64,000 nucleotides of DNA from an uncultured delta proteobacterium (GCA_963727445.1 CAVSGI010000020.1:1-64000); one strand, 5' to 3'. Numbered from the stretch's first letter, positions 51,935 to 63,197 are shown. Translations and numbers: made by a program. Notes: a model not told the origin generated them from the letters alone.

Positions 51935-53023
51935 TCAGGCGAAGCGCACGGAGTAGATGGGCGGGAAGTGGTGGCCGAGGCAGGTCCACGTCTCGCCCCC
52001 GTCGTCGCTGTAGAAGACGTTGCCGGTGGTGCTGCCGAAGGCGAGCTCGGTGCCGTCGCCGTCGAAGGCATGGCGATAGACGAGGTCGAAGGCATCGCTC
52101 TGAGGCAGGCCCGCCGTGAAGGCGCGCCAGCTCTTTCCAGCGTCGTCGGTGCGATGAACGGACAGGGCGCCGCCAATCGCGCTCCGCGCCTCGTCGCTCT
52201 CGGCGGGGATGACCCACGCGACCCGCGGGTCGTGGGGATGGGCGACGATGGCGAAGCCGAAGCGGACCGGACCGCCCGGCTCGCTGACCTCGTTCCACGA
52301 CGCGCCGCCGTCGGCGCTGCGGTAGACGCCGCAGTGGTTCTGCTGCCAGACGATCTCCGGATGGTCGATGCAGCGCGACAGAGAGTGGGGATCTTGTCCG
52401 ACTTCGGCGCTCGGCTCCGGCAGGAAGTCCGCGGCGAGGCCCTCGTTCCCGTGCCGCCAGCTCTTTCCGCCGTCCTCGGTGAGGTAGACGCCCCCGCAGG
52501 AGACGCCGATCACCACGCGCTCCGGATCCTCTGGGTCGACGAGGATCGAATGAATCCCCGGGACGTCGCGGCCGCCGCCGAACCACTTTCGGCGGTGGGG
52601 GTGCTCCCAGAGCCCGCGCACCAACGCGAAGCTCTCGCCCCCGTCATCGCTCCGGAAGAGGGCGCCTGGCAGGGTGCCGATCCACACGCGGCGCGGCGCC
52701 TGAGCGCCGCCCGAGGCGAGGCACCACAGCGCTTCGACACAGTGGGCGTCGTCGCCCTCCAGCAGAGACTCCGGCGGGAGTGCTGGCGCGTTCAACTCTT
52801 CGAAACGGCGTCCTTCGGGATCGGAGCGGTGGAGCTTGGGACCCCAATGACCGTGCTCGAGGCACGCCCAGATGCGGCCGTCGCGCGGGTCGCGACACGC
52901 GAAGGAGACGGGGATCCCTTTGAACTCCACGCGCGCGATGGCGTAGCTGTCACCGCCGCTCTTGTCGAGGACGATGAGCCCCTTGCGGGTCCCGACGAGG
53001 ATGCTTCGCCCGCCGGAAGCCAC
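51935..53023 (-). CDS. BNR/Asp-box repeat beta-propeller (sialidase/glycosyl hydrolase-like)
   Basis: VGTRKG, SDDGGESF, TEDGGKSW, QQNHCGVYRSADGGASW, SDDGGETW. Confidence 0.88.
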   Translation of the reverse strand: MASGGRSILVGTRKGLIVLDKSGGDSYAIARVEFKGIPVSFACRDPRDGRIWACLEHGHWGPKLHRSDPEGRRFEELNAPALPPESLLEGDDAHCVEALWCLASGGAQAPRRVWIGTLPGALFRSDDGGESFALVRGLWEHPHRRKWFGGGRDVPGIHSILVDPEDPERVVIGVSCGGVYLTEDGGKSWRHGNEGLAADFLPEPSAEVGQDPHSLSRCIDHPEIVWQQNHCGVYRSADGGASWNEVSEPGGPVRFGFAIVAHPHDPRVAWVIPAESDEARSAIGGALSVHRTDDAGKSWRAFTAGLPQSDAFDLVYRHAFDGDGTELAFGSTTGNVFYSDDGGETWTCLGHHFPPIYSVRFA

Positions 53024-53026
53024 GCC

Positions 53027-53689
53027 TCAGACGCTGCCAGCGATGGCGGCGACGCCGAACATCGCGAGGCCCGCGATGCAGCAGACGAAGCAGAGCCCGA
53101 TGATCACCAGGATCCCCTTCACCATGAAATAGACCTTGAGAGAGCTCAGCGCGGCGACGAGGTTCTGCTGGTCGGCGTCGTCGGTCTCTACGACCTTCTT
53201 GATCGCGGTCGAAGCCTTGAAGAGGAAGAAGGCGAGGGTGCCGGTGATGCCGAGACCGAGCACGGCGCCGCAGGCCTGGCCGGCCAGGGTCGGGCCGGGG
53301 GCCTCGATGACGACGCTCTGCACGATCTGAGCGATGGCCTGAAGGAATCCGGCGATGATCGCGGTGATCGCGGCGATCATCGCGAAGCGCGCCATCCCGC
53401 TGAGGTTGGCTTCGTCGTCGGGCGTGAAGGGGATGTGCGCGAGCGGACCTTCACCGCCGCCGCCGCCCATGCCTCCACCACTCGGAGGCGCGCCGCCGCC
53501 CGAGCCCGGAGGCTGGCCGAAGCCGCCGCCGCCTGGCGGCTGACCGCCCGGAGGCTGGCCGAAGCCGCCACCGCCCGGCGGCTGACCTCCGCCGAAACCG
53601 CCGCCGCCCGGCGGCTGACCGCCACCGAAACCGCCGCCACCCGGCGGCTGACCGCCGCCGAAACCGCCGCCCTGGCCGAAGTCGCTCAC
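53027..53689 (-). CDS. DUF5362-like membrane protein with Gly/Pro/Gln-rich N-terminal repeats
   Basis: GGGFGGGQPP repeats, then IPFTPDDE, TM helices and LKVYF; GTGA-coupled to the upstream paralog. Confidence 0.65.
   Translation of the reverse strand: MSDFGQGGGFGGGQPPGGGGFGGGQPPGGGGFGGGQPPGGGGFGQPPGGQPPGGGGFGQPPGSGGGAPPSGGGMGGGGGEGPLAHIPFTPDDEANLSGMARFAMIAAITAIIAGFLQAIAQIVQSVVIEAPGPTLAGQACGAVLGLGITGTLAFFLFKASTAIKKVVETDDADQQNLVAALSSLKVYFMVKGILVIIGLCFVCCIAGLAMFGVAAIAGSV
53500..53680. repeat. Tandem repeats encoding GGGFGGGQPP
   Basis: Repeated ccgccgccgaaaccgccgcc/ggcggctgacc units. Confidence 0.8.
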
Positions 53690-54240
53690 CACTGACCTCC
53701 CGGGTCGTAGCCGCCGCCGCCGAGACCGCCGCCGCCGAGGTTCTGGAAGTCGCCGAAGCCGCCGCCAGCCATTTCCGGCGCGACGAAAGCGCTGATGAGC
53801 TGAAGGATCGCCACCACGATGTTCAGGCCGAACCAGGCCAGCTCGAGCATGAAGAAGAACTTCAGACGCTTGAACGCATCGGAGAGGTACTGCTGATCTC
53901 CCGTGTCCGAGGTCACGACGCTGGCGAGCGCCGAGCGCCCCTGCACCAGCATCACCCCCTCGATGATCAGGACGACGCCGAGCACGAGCCAGATGAGCAT
54001 CTGAAGGATCGTGAGGACGCCCCCGGCGGGGTTGAGCTGGATCATCGCTCCGCCGCCCAGGGCGCCGAAGCAGCCGCAGGTCAGGCAGAGCGCTCCCAAC
54101 AGGAAGTGAACGATCGCCATGAAGAGCATCCACCCGGTCAGGGTGTTGATCTGCTGCTCATCAGCCGGACTGAAGGGAATGCGTGCCAGCGACGCCAAGG
54201 GTCCTCCCACCGCCGGGGGTCGATCCGGCGGCCGGACCAT
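53686..54240 (-). CDS. DUF5362-like membrane protein (paralog of the downstream gene)
   Basis: IPFSPADE..W..FMAI, TM helices, LKFFF; start codon uncertain. Confidence 0.6.
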   Translation of the reverse strand: MVRPPDRPPAVGGPLASLARIPFSPADEQQINTLTGWMLFMAIVHFLLGALCLTCGCFGALGGGAMIQLNPAGGVLTILQMLIWLVLGVVLIIEGVMLVQGRSALASVVTSDTGDQQYLSDAFKRLKFFFMLELAWFGLNIVVAILQLISAFVAPEMAGGGFGDFQNLGGGGLGGGGYDPGGQW

Positions 54241-54294
54241 ATCACAGGTGGGCAGGTGCACACGGGCGCCGAGTCCTCGGGTAATCTCTGGGCC

Positions 54295-55383
54295 ATGGGC
54301 AAGACCGTGGCGGTCCTCACCTCGGGCGGTGACGCCCCCGGCATGAACACGGCGATCCGCGCCATCGCCAAGATCGCGGCGGGCGCAGGGGTGCGCGTCG
54401 TCGGCGTCCAGCGCGGCTACGACGGGTTGATCGACGGCGACTTCACCGACCTGACCCGCGAGACGGCGGAAGGGTTGGCGACGGTGGAGGGCACCGATCT
54501 CATCGGGGGGATCGGCGGCACCATCCTCGGCTCCGCGCGCTCCAAGCGCTTCCGCACCCCCGAAGGCCGAGCTGAGGCCGCCGCGCGCCTCTCGGAGATC
54601 GACGGCCTCATCGTGATCGGGGGAAACGGCTCGCTCACCGGCGCGCATCTGCTGGCCACCGAGCACCCCGAGGTGCGCGTCGTGGGCATCCCCGCCTCCA
54701 TCGACAACGACATCGGCTGCACCGGGCTGGCGATCGGCGTCGACACCGCCCTCAACACCATCGTCGACGCTTGCGATCGCATCAGCGACACCGCGCGCGC
54801 CCATCGGCGCGCCTTCATCATCGAAGTGATGGGCCGCGACTGCGGCTATCTCGCCATGGCGAGCTCCATCGCGGCGGGCGCCGACGCCGTGCTCTTCCGC
54901 GAGCAGGGCCGCAGCGACGACGAGGTCGTCGCCAGCGTGGAGAAGGCCATCCTGCGCGGCTTCGCGCCCGGTCGCGACAAGAAGCGCATCCTGATCATCA
55001 AGAGCGAGGGCGTGAAGATCGAGGCGACCTTCCTCGCCCGCGTCCTCACGGAGCGGATCGAGCCCAAGCTCGAAGGCGTCGAGATCCGCGCGACGGTCCT
55101 CGGTCACCTCGTGCGCGGCGGTGCGCCGAGCTACCAGGACCGCGCGATCGCCGGGCGCCTCGCCATGGCGTCCCTCGACGCGCTCATGAAGGGCGGCTCC
55201 GACGAGATGGTCGCCTGGCAACCGCCGGTGGGGGGCGGCGTCGATACGCGCGACGCCCACGTGAAGCGCTTCCCCCTCGCGCGCGTCCTCGAAGAGACCG
55301 AGAGCCTCCTCGACGGCTCGAGCCCCATCACCCAGCGCCGGGTGAAGCTCATCGAAGAGGTCGAGGGGATCCTCGGGCTCTGA
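54295..55383 (+). CDS. pfkA: 6-phosphofructokinase
   Basis: LTSGGDAPGMN, GGTILGSAR, IGGNGS, PASIDND, EVMGRDCG, VLGHLVRGG. Confidence 0.93.
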   Translation: MGKTVAVLTSGGDAPGMNTAIRAIAKIAAGAGVRVVGVQRGYDGLIDGDFTDLTRETAEGLATVEGTDLIGGIGGTILGSARSKRFRTPEGRAEAAARLSEIDGLIVIGGNGSLTGAHLLATEHPEVRVVGIPASIDNDIGCTGLAIGVDTALNTIVDACDRISDTARAHRRAFIIEVMGRDCGYLAMASSIAAGADAVLFREQGRSDDEVVASVEKAILRGFAPGRDKKRILIIKSEGVKIEATFLARVLTERIEPKLEGVEIRATVLGHLVRGGAPSYQDRAIAGRLAMASLDALMKGGSDEMVAWQPPVGGGVDTRDAHVKRFPLARVLEETESLLDGSSPITQRRVKLIEEVEGILGL

Positions 55384-55395
55384 GCGCTCGCCGCC

Positions 55396-56043
55396 TCAGC
55401 GGCCCGAGGTGTCGTTCGCCGCCGACTCGAGGCGCTCGCGCTCGGCCCAGAGCCGCTCGACGTAGCTCGCCGCGGCACCACAACGCCCGGAGGCATACTT
55501 GCCGAGCCCTTCGCGGACGCCGCCGCAGTCGTGAATCGCGTCGGCGAGGTGCTGCGCGCCGCGCTCGACGACGGGGCCCTGGCAGGCGTCGACCTCGGAC
55601 TGGCAGGCCTCGCGATAGTCGGCGTCCTGGACGTAGCGCATGTCCTGTCCGGCGCCTCGCGGATGGAGCTGGACGATCCCGGCTTCGCCGCGCCGTCCGA
55701 TCGCCGCCGGGTTCAGCATCGACTCGCGTACGGCGAGGGCGGCGAGGAGCCATGGGTCGAGGCCATGGCGCTCGGCGGCTTCTTCGAGCAGGGCGGTGAG
55801 GGCGGCGATGCGGGCTTCGCATCCGCCCGGCGCGTCACGGCAATGCTTGGCGTAGACGACGCGGCCCTGGGGCGAGACCCAGATGGTGAGGCGCGCGGCC
55901 AGCGCCTGCGCGATCGGGTCGTCAGTGCCGAGGTGATGCGCTGCGCCGGCGCCGCGGAGCGGCTCGTTGGCATCGGGCAGGGCGCTTCCGCCGCAGGCGC
56001 TGGTCAGCACGGCGAGCGCGAGGACAATTGCGCGACGAGTCAC
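55396..56043 (-). CDS. Lytic transglycosylase (SLT) lipoprotein
   Basis: LTSAC lipobox; LDPWLLAALAVRES.LNP.A....GEAGIVQL. Confidence 0.8.
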   Translation of the reverse strand: MTRRAIVLALAVLTSACGGSALPDANEPLRGAGAAHHLGTDDPIAQALAARLTIWVSPQGRVVYAKHCRDAPGGCEARIAALTALLEEAAERHGLDPWLLAALAVRESMLNPAAIGRRGEAGIVQLHPRGAGQDMRYVQDADYREACQSEVDACQGPVVERGAQHLADAIHDCGGVREGLGKYASGRCGAAASYVERLWAERERLESAANDTSGR

Positions 56044-56137
56044 GCGTCGAGGGTAGGAAGCCTCGCTCCGGTCGGTCCACTTCCCGGCACGCGGTCCGGC
56101 GGTTGAACGGACCGCCCAGCCGGGGTAGAGCGCCCGC

Positions 56138-57046
56138 ATGAACCTCTGGCCCCGGCTCGCATGTCTCGTCGCCCTCCTCGTGCTCACCGCGTGCAACCGG
56201 AACGAGGAACCGGACTTCTCTCCGGCGGAGCGAGAGATCCGCCCCGAGTCGAACGCGGGCGCGCGCGGGGGCAACGCGGCGACGAAGATCGGGGCGCCGG
56301 CGCGTCCGAGCGGCATCCCTGCCCCCGCCGACGTCGCCGCCCCGCCCGCCGAGGCGACGCGCACCGAGAGCGGGCTCGCCTATCTCACGCTCGTTCCCGG
56401 CACGGGGAGCCGGCACCCCGAAGACGCCGATCGCGTGAGCGTGAACTACACCGGCTGGACCACCGACGGGCAGATGTTCGACAGCTCCATCACCCGCGGT
56501 CAGGCCGCGACCTTCGGCGTCTCCCAGGTCATCGCGGGCTGGACCGAGATGCTGAAGCTGATGACGGCGGGGCAGAAGGTTCGCGTGTGGATCCCCGAGG
56601 ACCTCGCCTATCGCGGCCGGCCGGGTGCGCCTGCGGGCATGCTCGTCTTCGAGGTCGAGCTCATCGGTATCCTGGGGGCGCCCCAGGCACCAGAGGACGT
56701 CGCGGCGCCGCCCGCCGACGCCGAGGCGACCGAGAGCGGGCTCCGCTCGAAGGTGCTTCGTCCGGGCACCGGCCACACGCGCCCGACCACCACCAGCCGC
56801 GTGCGCGTGCACTACACCGGCTGGACCACCGACGGGAACATGTTCGACAGCTCACTCACCCGCGGGCAGCCCGCCGTCTTTCCGCTCAATCGCGTCATCC
56901 AGGGTTGGACCGAAGGGCTGCAGCTCATGGTCGTCGGTGAGAAGCGGCGCTTCTGGATCCCGGAGGAGCTCGCGTATCAGGGCCGCGCGGGTGCGCCGCA
57001 GGGCATGCTCGTCTTCGACGTCGAGCTTCTCGAGATCATGGACTGA
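56138..57046 (+). CDS. FKBP-type peptidyl-prolyl isomerase lipoprotein with two FKBP domains
   Basis: Two copies of [40 protein letters not shown]. Confidence 0.95.
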   Translation: MNLWPRLACLVALLVLTACNRNEEPDFSPAEREIRPESNAGARGGNAATKIGAPARPSGIPAPADVAAPPAEATRTESGLAYLTLVPGTGSRHPEDADRVSVNYTGWTTDGQMFDSSITRGQAATFGVSQVIAGWTEMLKLMTAGQKVRVWIPEDLAYRGRPGAPAGMLVFEVELIGILGAPQAPEDVAAPPADAEATESGLRSKVLRPGTGHTRPTTTSRVRVHYTGWTTDGNMFDSSLTRGQPAVFPLNRVIQGWTEGLQLMVVGEKRRFWIPEELAYQGRAGAPQGMLVFDVELLEIMD

Positions 57047-57540
57047 GGGTCGCGGGCCGCGACCGCGGTAACGCAGATGATGCAGCGTGACGTCGCGGTC
57101 GGCCCGAGCTCCTGGCCCTCGCCGCGATCCCACAGCGCCCGCCCCCTCGCCTCCGCCTCCTCTTCGCGCACGCCACCGCGCCTCGCCACGCGCCAGATGA
57201 ACCGCCGGTGCCTCGAGCGCGTCGACGCCGAGAGGCTGAACGGATATGAAGTATTTGTGCGCGATGGTCATGCCCATGGGGTGCCGGCGGAGAAGATCCG
57301 ACGCGCGATGGAGGCCTTGGCTCTCCTTGAGCCGAGCTCGCGTCGTGGTCGGACGCGAGTGCGTCGTCGAGCGTCTCGAGATCACCGAGGGTCGCGGGTC
57401 GAAGATCCATCGACGCGCCCGACACTTACCCTTTTCTGCCTCCGCGTCGACGGCTACGATGGTGCGATCGACCGCGGCGGCGTCTGCGCTGCCTCCTTCG
57501 TCTCCAAGCCCCAAGCCTTTCGTTGACCAAGCGATTATCG

Positions 57541-58320
57541 ATGACGAGACAACCCAAGAGCTGGCTCGAACGGAAAGCTGCGCGATGGCGCGGGCTCGCC
57601 GACTGCCCCGCGCACTTCGGGGGCACCATAGCCGTACTCGAACACCTCTCGAACCGCGTTCCCTGGCTGCGGCGCCCCTGCGATCGGGTGCGCTCAGCGA
57701 TGGCTCAGTACACCGACTACCGGACCATGCTGTTCGACGCCACCCACGGGACCGATACATTCCGGCGGCTCGAGCTGCGAGAGCTCGAGGTCGGCGCGAC
57801 GCTGCCCACGGAGCAGTTTCGCGGCTGGAAATATGGGCCGATCAACCAGGACTTCTTCCACGAGATCATCGAACGCTGTCCGATCGACCGCGGACGCACG
57901 ACGTTCCTGGACGTCGGTTGCGGCAAGGGAGCCGCCGTGCTGATGGCGAGCGAATACGGGTTTCGCCGAGTGATCGGCCTGGACTTTTCGTCCGAGTTGC
58001 TCGAGATCGCCCAGCGGAACACCTCCATCTACGAACGCAAGCGCGGGCGATCGGTGTCGATCGATTGGGTGCACGCGGACTTCATGACCCACACGCCACC
58101 CGACGAGCCGCTGCTCCTCTTCCTGAACAACCCCTTCCCCGCCGACATCTCACGCCTCGCGGTCGATCACATCCACAGGTTCCTGCGTGGTCATCGAAGC
58201 CCCGTCGTGCTCGCCTACCGGCGCCCAGAACGGGAGATCAAACGCATGCTCGAGCGCTCCGACGTGCTGCGGCTCCATCGCCGGACACCCTATTGGATGA
58301 TCCTGTCCAACGACCGCTGA
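57541..58320 (+). CDS. Class I SAM-dependent methyltransferase
   Basis: FD..HGTDT, TFLDVGCGKG, GFRRVIGLDFS, FLNNPF. Confidence 0.85.
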   Translation: MTRQPKSWLERKAARWRGLADCPAHFGGTIAVLEHLSNRVPWLRRPCDRVRSAMAQYTDYRTMLFDATHGTDTFRRLELRELEVGATLPTEQFRGWKYGPINQDFFHEIIERCPIDRGRTTFLDVGCGKGAAVLMASEYGFRRVIGLDFSSELLEIAQRNTSIYERKRGRSVSIDWVHADFMTHTPPDEPLLLFLNNPFPADISRLAVDHIHRFLRGHRSPVVLAYRRPEREIKRMLERSDVLRLHRRTPYWMILSNDR

Positions 58321-58737
58321 TGGCGGCGCGCGCCGGGACCGACACTGCCGCGTGATTCAGGGTTGAAGGGATTGGCTTTCCGTGGAGGCTGGAAACCGGA
58401 GACGGCGAGGGCGACGAGTGCGCCCCGTGAGACGAGCAGTCGAACATCGCCGGGACTCGCGAACACGTAGAGGTCGGTCGCCGCGCGGCGGTAGCCGTCG
58501 AAGACGCCGAATGCGCGATGCGATGGATGAAATCGTCGTGAAAGAAGCCCACGACGAGCGCGGGCGCGGCGACGCCGTGAGCGCGATGAAGAGGGTCCAC
58601 CCGCGAGGCTGGGAGACGTCGTCGTCCACGCGCCGAGGATATCCGGATACGACTCGGCGAACATGGCGCACGTCGGCGAGCGCGCCACAGCCAATCAACG
58701 GGACGGCGGGCGGTCCGCTCCGAGCTCTCGAGGCCGC

Positions 58738-60160
58738 TCAACGTCGTATGATCGTGTATTCGTCGGCAGAGGCCGAGCACCCATCCGGGCGGCATCCGGT
58801 GGGTGTCAGTGTGAGCGAGCCATCCGCGTTCATGACCTGGCGATAAGAGAAGTACACGCCGACCTCCGTGGCGTCGGCCCAGGCCCAGGTCTCCCCGGTG
58901 CCATCGCCCGGATCGTCGAACACCCCCTCGAACAGCCGGTCGATGGATCCGATCAGGCATCGTGCACGCCCCGTCCGAGAAGGCTCTGTAGTCCGAATAC
59001 TGGCTCCCGAAGAGCCGGTCATCCACGTCGAACTGGATAGCCAACGTGAAGAAGCGGCCGTCCGTTCGCGGATAGCACCCGCCGGCCATCATGGGGGCGC
59101 CGTCCACCACGAACGACCTCATGTCCCAGCCCCCGACGAGCGGACTGGCGACGAGCGGACCGAGGGTGAGCACCGACCGCGTCGGAAACGTGGCATCGGT
59201 GCGCGGGTCGGTGTCGTCTCGGGTGAACGTCCAGGTGTCGCCGTCGATCTCGAGCTCGAGGACGGCGACACGGCCTCCCGCATCGAGGTCGTACAGCCAC
59301 CGTCCGTCGCTTTGCCTGGTCAGCGTCCCGGTCGCGACGGAGGGGAGTGCGGTTGGGATCCCGCCATCGAGCTCCACGTATCGCTCCGTCATGGCATATC
59401 TCCCCGCAGCCATCTCCTCGATGCGGATGTCGCCGCCAATCTGCTCGTCCGCTCGGGTGAGGTTCGTGCCGTCGGTCAGCTCGACCTCGACGTACCTGAG
59501 GATCCCACCCGCAGGCAAACCAGACATCGCGTCCATGCAACCCAACGAGAGGTCGCAGATCGACCCTGCATCGCAGAGCGAGTCGTCGGCCTCGTAGAGA
59601 CACACACCCGATGCGCACACGCTCGAGGCGCAGGTCGACGATTCCGGACAATCGGCGTCGACCGTACACTCCGGAGGTCCACACGCCTCGGGGTTCTCGG
59701 CGGTGCATGCAGGATTGGTGCAGCGACCCGCGAGGCACGCAGTAGCCAAGGGCGCATCGGCCAGCGGGCAGGAGATGTCGGCGCAATCACGGCCCAGGAC
59801 GACCGTGATGCCGATCGACTCTTCCAGGGTCACGGTCACGGGTCGTTCCGCCACTACCTCACCGCTTTCGCCTCGAACCTCCACGCGAAGACGCAGGGTC
59901 CCGGGTTGAAGGCCGTCGAGCTCCGCGATGCGGGCACCCTCGAGGAAGTTCAATCCGTCCAAGCGCTCGAGATCGACGGGGTGCGCTCGGCCGTCGATCA
60001 GGGTCCGCACCGAAACGAACTCCTCGTTCGGGATGAGATCCGTCCGCAGGTCGACCGCGAGGAGTAGCTCTTCGTCGTGACACCCGCCCAGTCCGACGAC
60101 GGAGAGGCAGAAAGCGAAACGGCAGATCGATCGTCTGTCGCGAGCCAGCGTCCCAACCAT
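58738..60160 (-). CDS. Cys-rich lipoprotein (VDLRTDL family), frameshift near 58950
   Basis: LGGC lipobox, LAVDLRTDLIP, C...CP....ACLAGRC..P.C..ENP..C; tail continues in ORF 58738..59022. Confidence 0.6.
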
Positions 60161-60307
60161 CCTCGGACCCACGTGGCGAGCATACCAGGGAGATCCGTCG
60201 CGGCGCGGAATTCGAAGGACTGGCGTAGCGCTGACGCGAGCGCATCGCGTAGATCGCGGCGATCGGGGTAACCGTTCAGGCCCCCTGTTGGACGGCGGAC
60301 GGCGATC

Positions 60308-60415
60308 GGGGACGGTCCGAACTCCCGTCACGCGGCGCTCCGAGCCAGATCCTCCGAGGCGCTTGGGGACGGTCCGAACTCCCGTCACGCGGCGCTCCGA
60401 GCCAGATCCTCCGAG
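60308..60415. repeat. Two identical 51-bp direct repeats with 57-bp period
   Basis: ggggacggtccgaactcccgtcacgcggcgctccgagccagatcctccgag at 60308 and 60365. Confidence 0.9.
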
Positions 60416-60726
60416 AGTCGCCTCGCCACGACCGAGTCCTCTTTGTGGAGCTCTACGTCGCACGCCATCCACGTCACCGATCCACCGAGATGCGGGCGCG
60501 CGTAGCACAGCCGCTCATCGAGCCGGCAGCGCAATGGTTGCGGCTGATCCGAACCGGCGTTCGGGTTTCGCGAATCTGTGAAACGGAGTCGAGCTTGACG
60601 CGAGAGGCATGCGTTACTCGGACCGTCAGACGCGCCCAGACGCCCCCGTTACGGAAGTTCGGACCGGCCATGTACGAGGACGCCGCCTCCGTGAACATCG
60701 CCCTCTGGCCGCCGGCCGAGTAGCGC

Positions 60727-61656
60727 GTGCCGGCTGCCCCGCGTATTCGCCCGCGCCAAACGGGTGCATCGCCACGCCAATGGCTTGCGGCGCGAGTCAC
60801 CTTGGAGAACAGTCCTTCCGTTACCGACACGGAAGCCGAGCTCGCGCGCTCTCGGGGCCGCGTCCGCGCGTTCGCGCTGGAGCGCGCGTCCGCCGACACC
60901 GACGACCAGCTGCGATTGCGGCAGGCCATCGGCGCCGACGATACCGCGCAGATTCACGCGCTGCTGCAGTCCCGGCCAGCGCTGGCGCACTACGAAGACG
61001 CGGTCGCCCTCGCCGCCGCGAGTCATCCGGGTGTGCTCCGCGCGCTCCTCGACGCCGGCCTGCCCGCGAACGCGCGCGGGCCTTTCGGCAAGCCCGCCGT
61101 GGCCGTCGCGGCGGAGGCCTCGACCGATGCCGCGCTCACGTGCCTGGAGCTGCTCCTCGAGGCCGGCGCGTCGCCCGTGGCCGAGAGCGCGGAGGGTCTG
61201 TCGCCGCTCCACTACGCGGCGACGCGCGGCCGACCGGAGGCGGTCGAGTTGCTCATCGACGCCGGCTCCCCGGTCGATGCGCGCGGCGTCATCGGACTGA
61301 CGCCGCTCCACCTCGCCGCAGCGCACCTCCACGCCGGCAACGCCCGGACGCTCCTCGCGCGCGGGGCCGAGCCGAACGCCCGCGACCATGCGGGTTCCAC
61401 CCCGCTCCACCAGCTCGCCGCCGCCGACGTCGGCCTGCGGACCGTCGACGAGCAGCTGGCACCCACGCTGGAGGCGCTCGTCGAGGGGGGCGCCGACCTG
61501 ACGCTCCGCGCGCCCGAGCCAGCCGCGACAGCCGAGCCGGTCGGAAAGATGAAACCTCCGCGCACGCCGCTCGAGCTCGCCCGGATGCGACGAAACCGCG
61601 CGGCGCGGCGGACCGCCGAGCTGCTCGAGGCCGTGGGCCGCGCTCAGAACCGGTAG
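60727..61656 (+). CDS. Ankyrin repeat protein
   Basis: GLSPLHYAA, GLTPLHLAA, GSTPLH, LL..GA.PNARD; start codon uncertain. Confidence 0.88.
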   Translation: MPAAPRIRPRQTGASPRQWLAARVTLENSPSVTDTEAELARSRGRVRAFALERASADTDDQLRLRQAIGADDTAQIHALLQSRPALAHYEDAVALAAASHPGVLRALLDAGLPANARGPFGKPAVAVAAEASTDAALTCLELLLEAGASPVAESAEGLSPLHYAATRGRPEAVELLIDAGSPVDARGVIGLTPLHLAAAHLHAGNARTLLARGAEPNARDHAGSTPLHQLAAADVGLRTVDEQLAPTLEALVEGGADLTLRAPEPAATAEPVGKMKPPRTPLELARMRRNRAARRTAELLEAVGRAQNR

Positions 61657-61929
61657 TTTCCGTAGGCCCCGAACACGGCGGATAGGCCACGAACTTGGCT
61701 GTCGTTCGGACGAGATCTGCATCGAGGGCTTCCTGCTCGACTACTTCGAGCCCGCCGACTCGCCGGACTTCTGCATGTACCTGACGTCGCTGGAGGCCGG
61801 CGAAGCCTGCGACGATCCGGAAACCTGGTGCGGTCCCGATCGCGACGCTCTGGGGGGTGTGCGTCCTATGACGGCGCCCGCAGGGAACCCCACCCCCCAC
61901 GAGCTCCTAGCCGTGCCGCCGCCTCCGGA

Positions 61930-62821
61930 TCACGCCCGATGTAGGACAACCGCTTCCCCGGACGCCGCTCCCTCGTGGCAAGGTACGATCTGTCGACCCA
62001 TCACCCGGTTCGAAGAGAGCGGAGGCCGTTTGTGGTGGCCGTGGCGTCGCAGGTGTCCCAGCAGAATCCGAAGTCGAGGGCTAGGGTGAGGGGGGTGGGG
62101 ACGCCGGCACGGCCGGCGGACTCCACGCATACCTGTCCTTCGGGACACGCACTCGACGTTCCCGCCGCGGCGCTCGGACGGCAAGGTCTCCGGCACCCGC
62201 GACTGCCACACAGTAGCCCCTCAGCACACCAGGTATCGTCTTCGCACGACTCGTACGCCCCGGCCTCTCCGAAGGGAGTGCAGTAGCCCACGAAGACTCG
62301 GGTCTCTTCGCTGTCGTAGTAGTGGTCTCGTGGAGCACACTAGCTTTCGGCGTCACACTCGTCGTTCCACGGAGGCATTGAAGGAACCCGAGGCAGCCTC
62401 CAGTGCCGGGGTAGGCCCCGATCGGCGCGCAGAGCACCCCCTCCTCACACTCGTCGTCTGGGGCCGAAGTGCCATCCGGTGTGCATAGCTGAACGCACAC
62501 CGACTCTCCCTCGAGTCCGATGCACACCGAGCCCTCGCGGCAGCGCTCCTCCGGGGGCAGCGACTCGTCCGACTGACACGGGGTCTCGGGCGCGAGCGTG
62601 CCGCCGACTACACAAGTCCCGGTGAGCGTCGGATTCCGAAGGTCCGGCTGGCACCACTCCCCGTCCTCACACGCATCGATCGAACTCGGATCACACGTCT
62701 CCGGAGGGGTCCCGCTGTCGACGGTGGCCCCGGTGTCGGGCTCGCTGCCGCTGTCGACCTCGCCGGTCCCATCACCCGAGCAGCCCCCCACCGTGAACAT
62801 CGCCACGATTGCCGCGACCAT
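61930..62821 (-). pseudogene. Cys-rich lipoprotein, disrupted
   Basis: VGGC lipobox; EGF/Dickkopf-like Cys clusters split over ORFs 62081..62872 and 62001..62291. Confidence 0.55.
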
Positions 62822-63197
62822 CGCTCTTCCCCGTATGAAGGGGGAAGGTACTCGTGGCGCAGATGGGGGCAAGGTCTGCGCCGATCAGTTGGTCCGAGAG
62901 CGGGAAGAAGTAGTCGGGTGCATTCCGAATCCAGCCCTCCGATGGGCTGCGGGGCCTACTCGAAGGCCTCGACGCAAGGGCGAACGAGCAAGTCGGCGCT
63001 CCCCTCGACTTCATACGGACCGTCGCTGAGCTCGATCTCGCACCCCGATCGACCCCGCGAGCCACAGCCGGCCTCACCGACGACCGGGTCCGCGCCCTCG
63101 CCGCCGACTTGCATTGGTGACGCTCACGGCAGCTTTCCAAGCGGAGAGCGCATGCCGGCGGTTTCCGCGCGGAGAGCGCATGCGCTAGTATCGCGCC

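Noticed and set aside
56340..57040. Internal direct DNA repeat as a mobile or recombination feature
   Set aside because: Explained by the two tandem FKBP domains.
57077..57526. 149-aa ORF as a gene
   Set aside because: No recognisable motif and Arg/Ser-rich composition; may be a degraded fragment, but it cannot be supported.
60308..60415. Possible CRISPR array
   Set aside because: Only two copies, separated by 6 bp, with no unique spacers and no cas genes.
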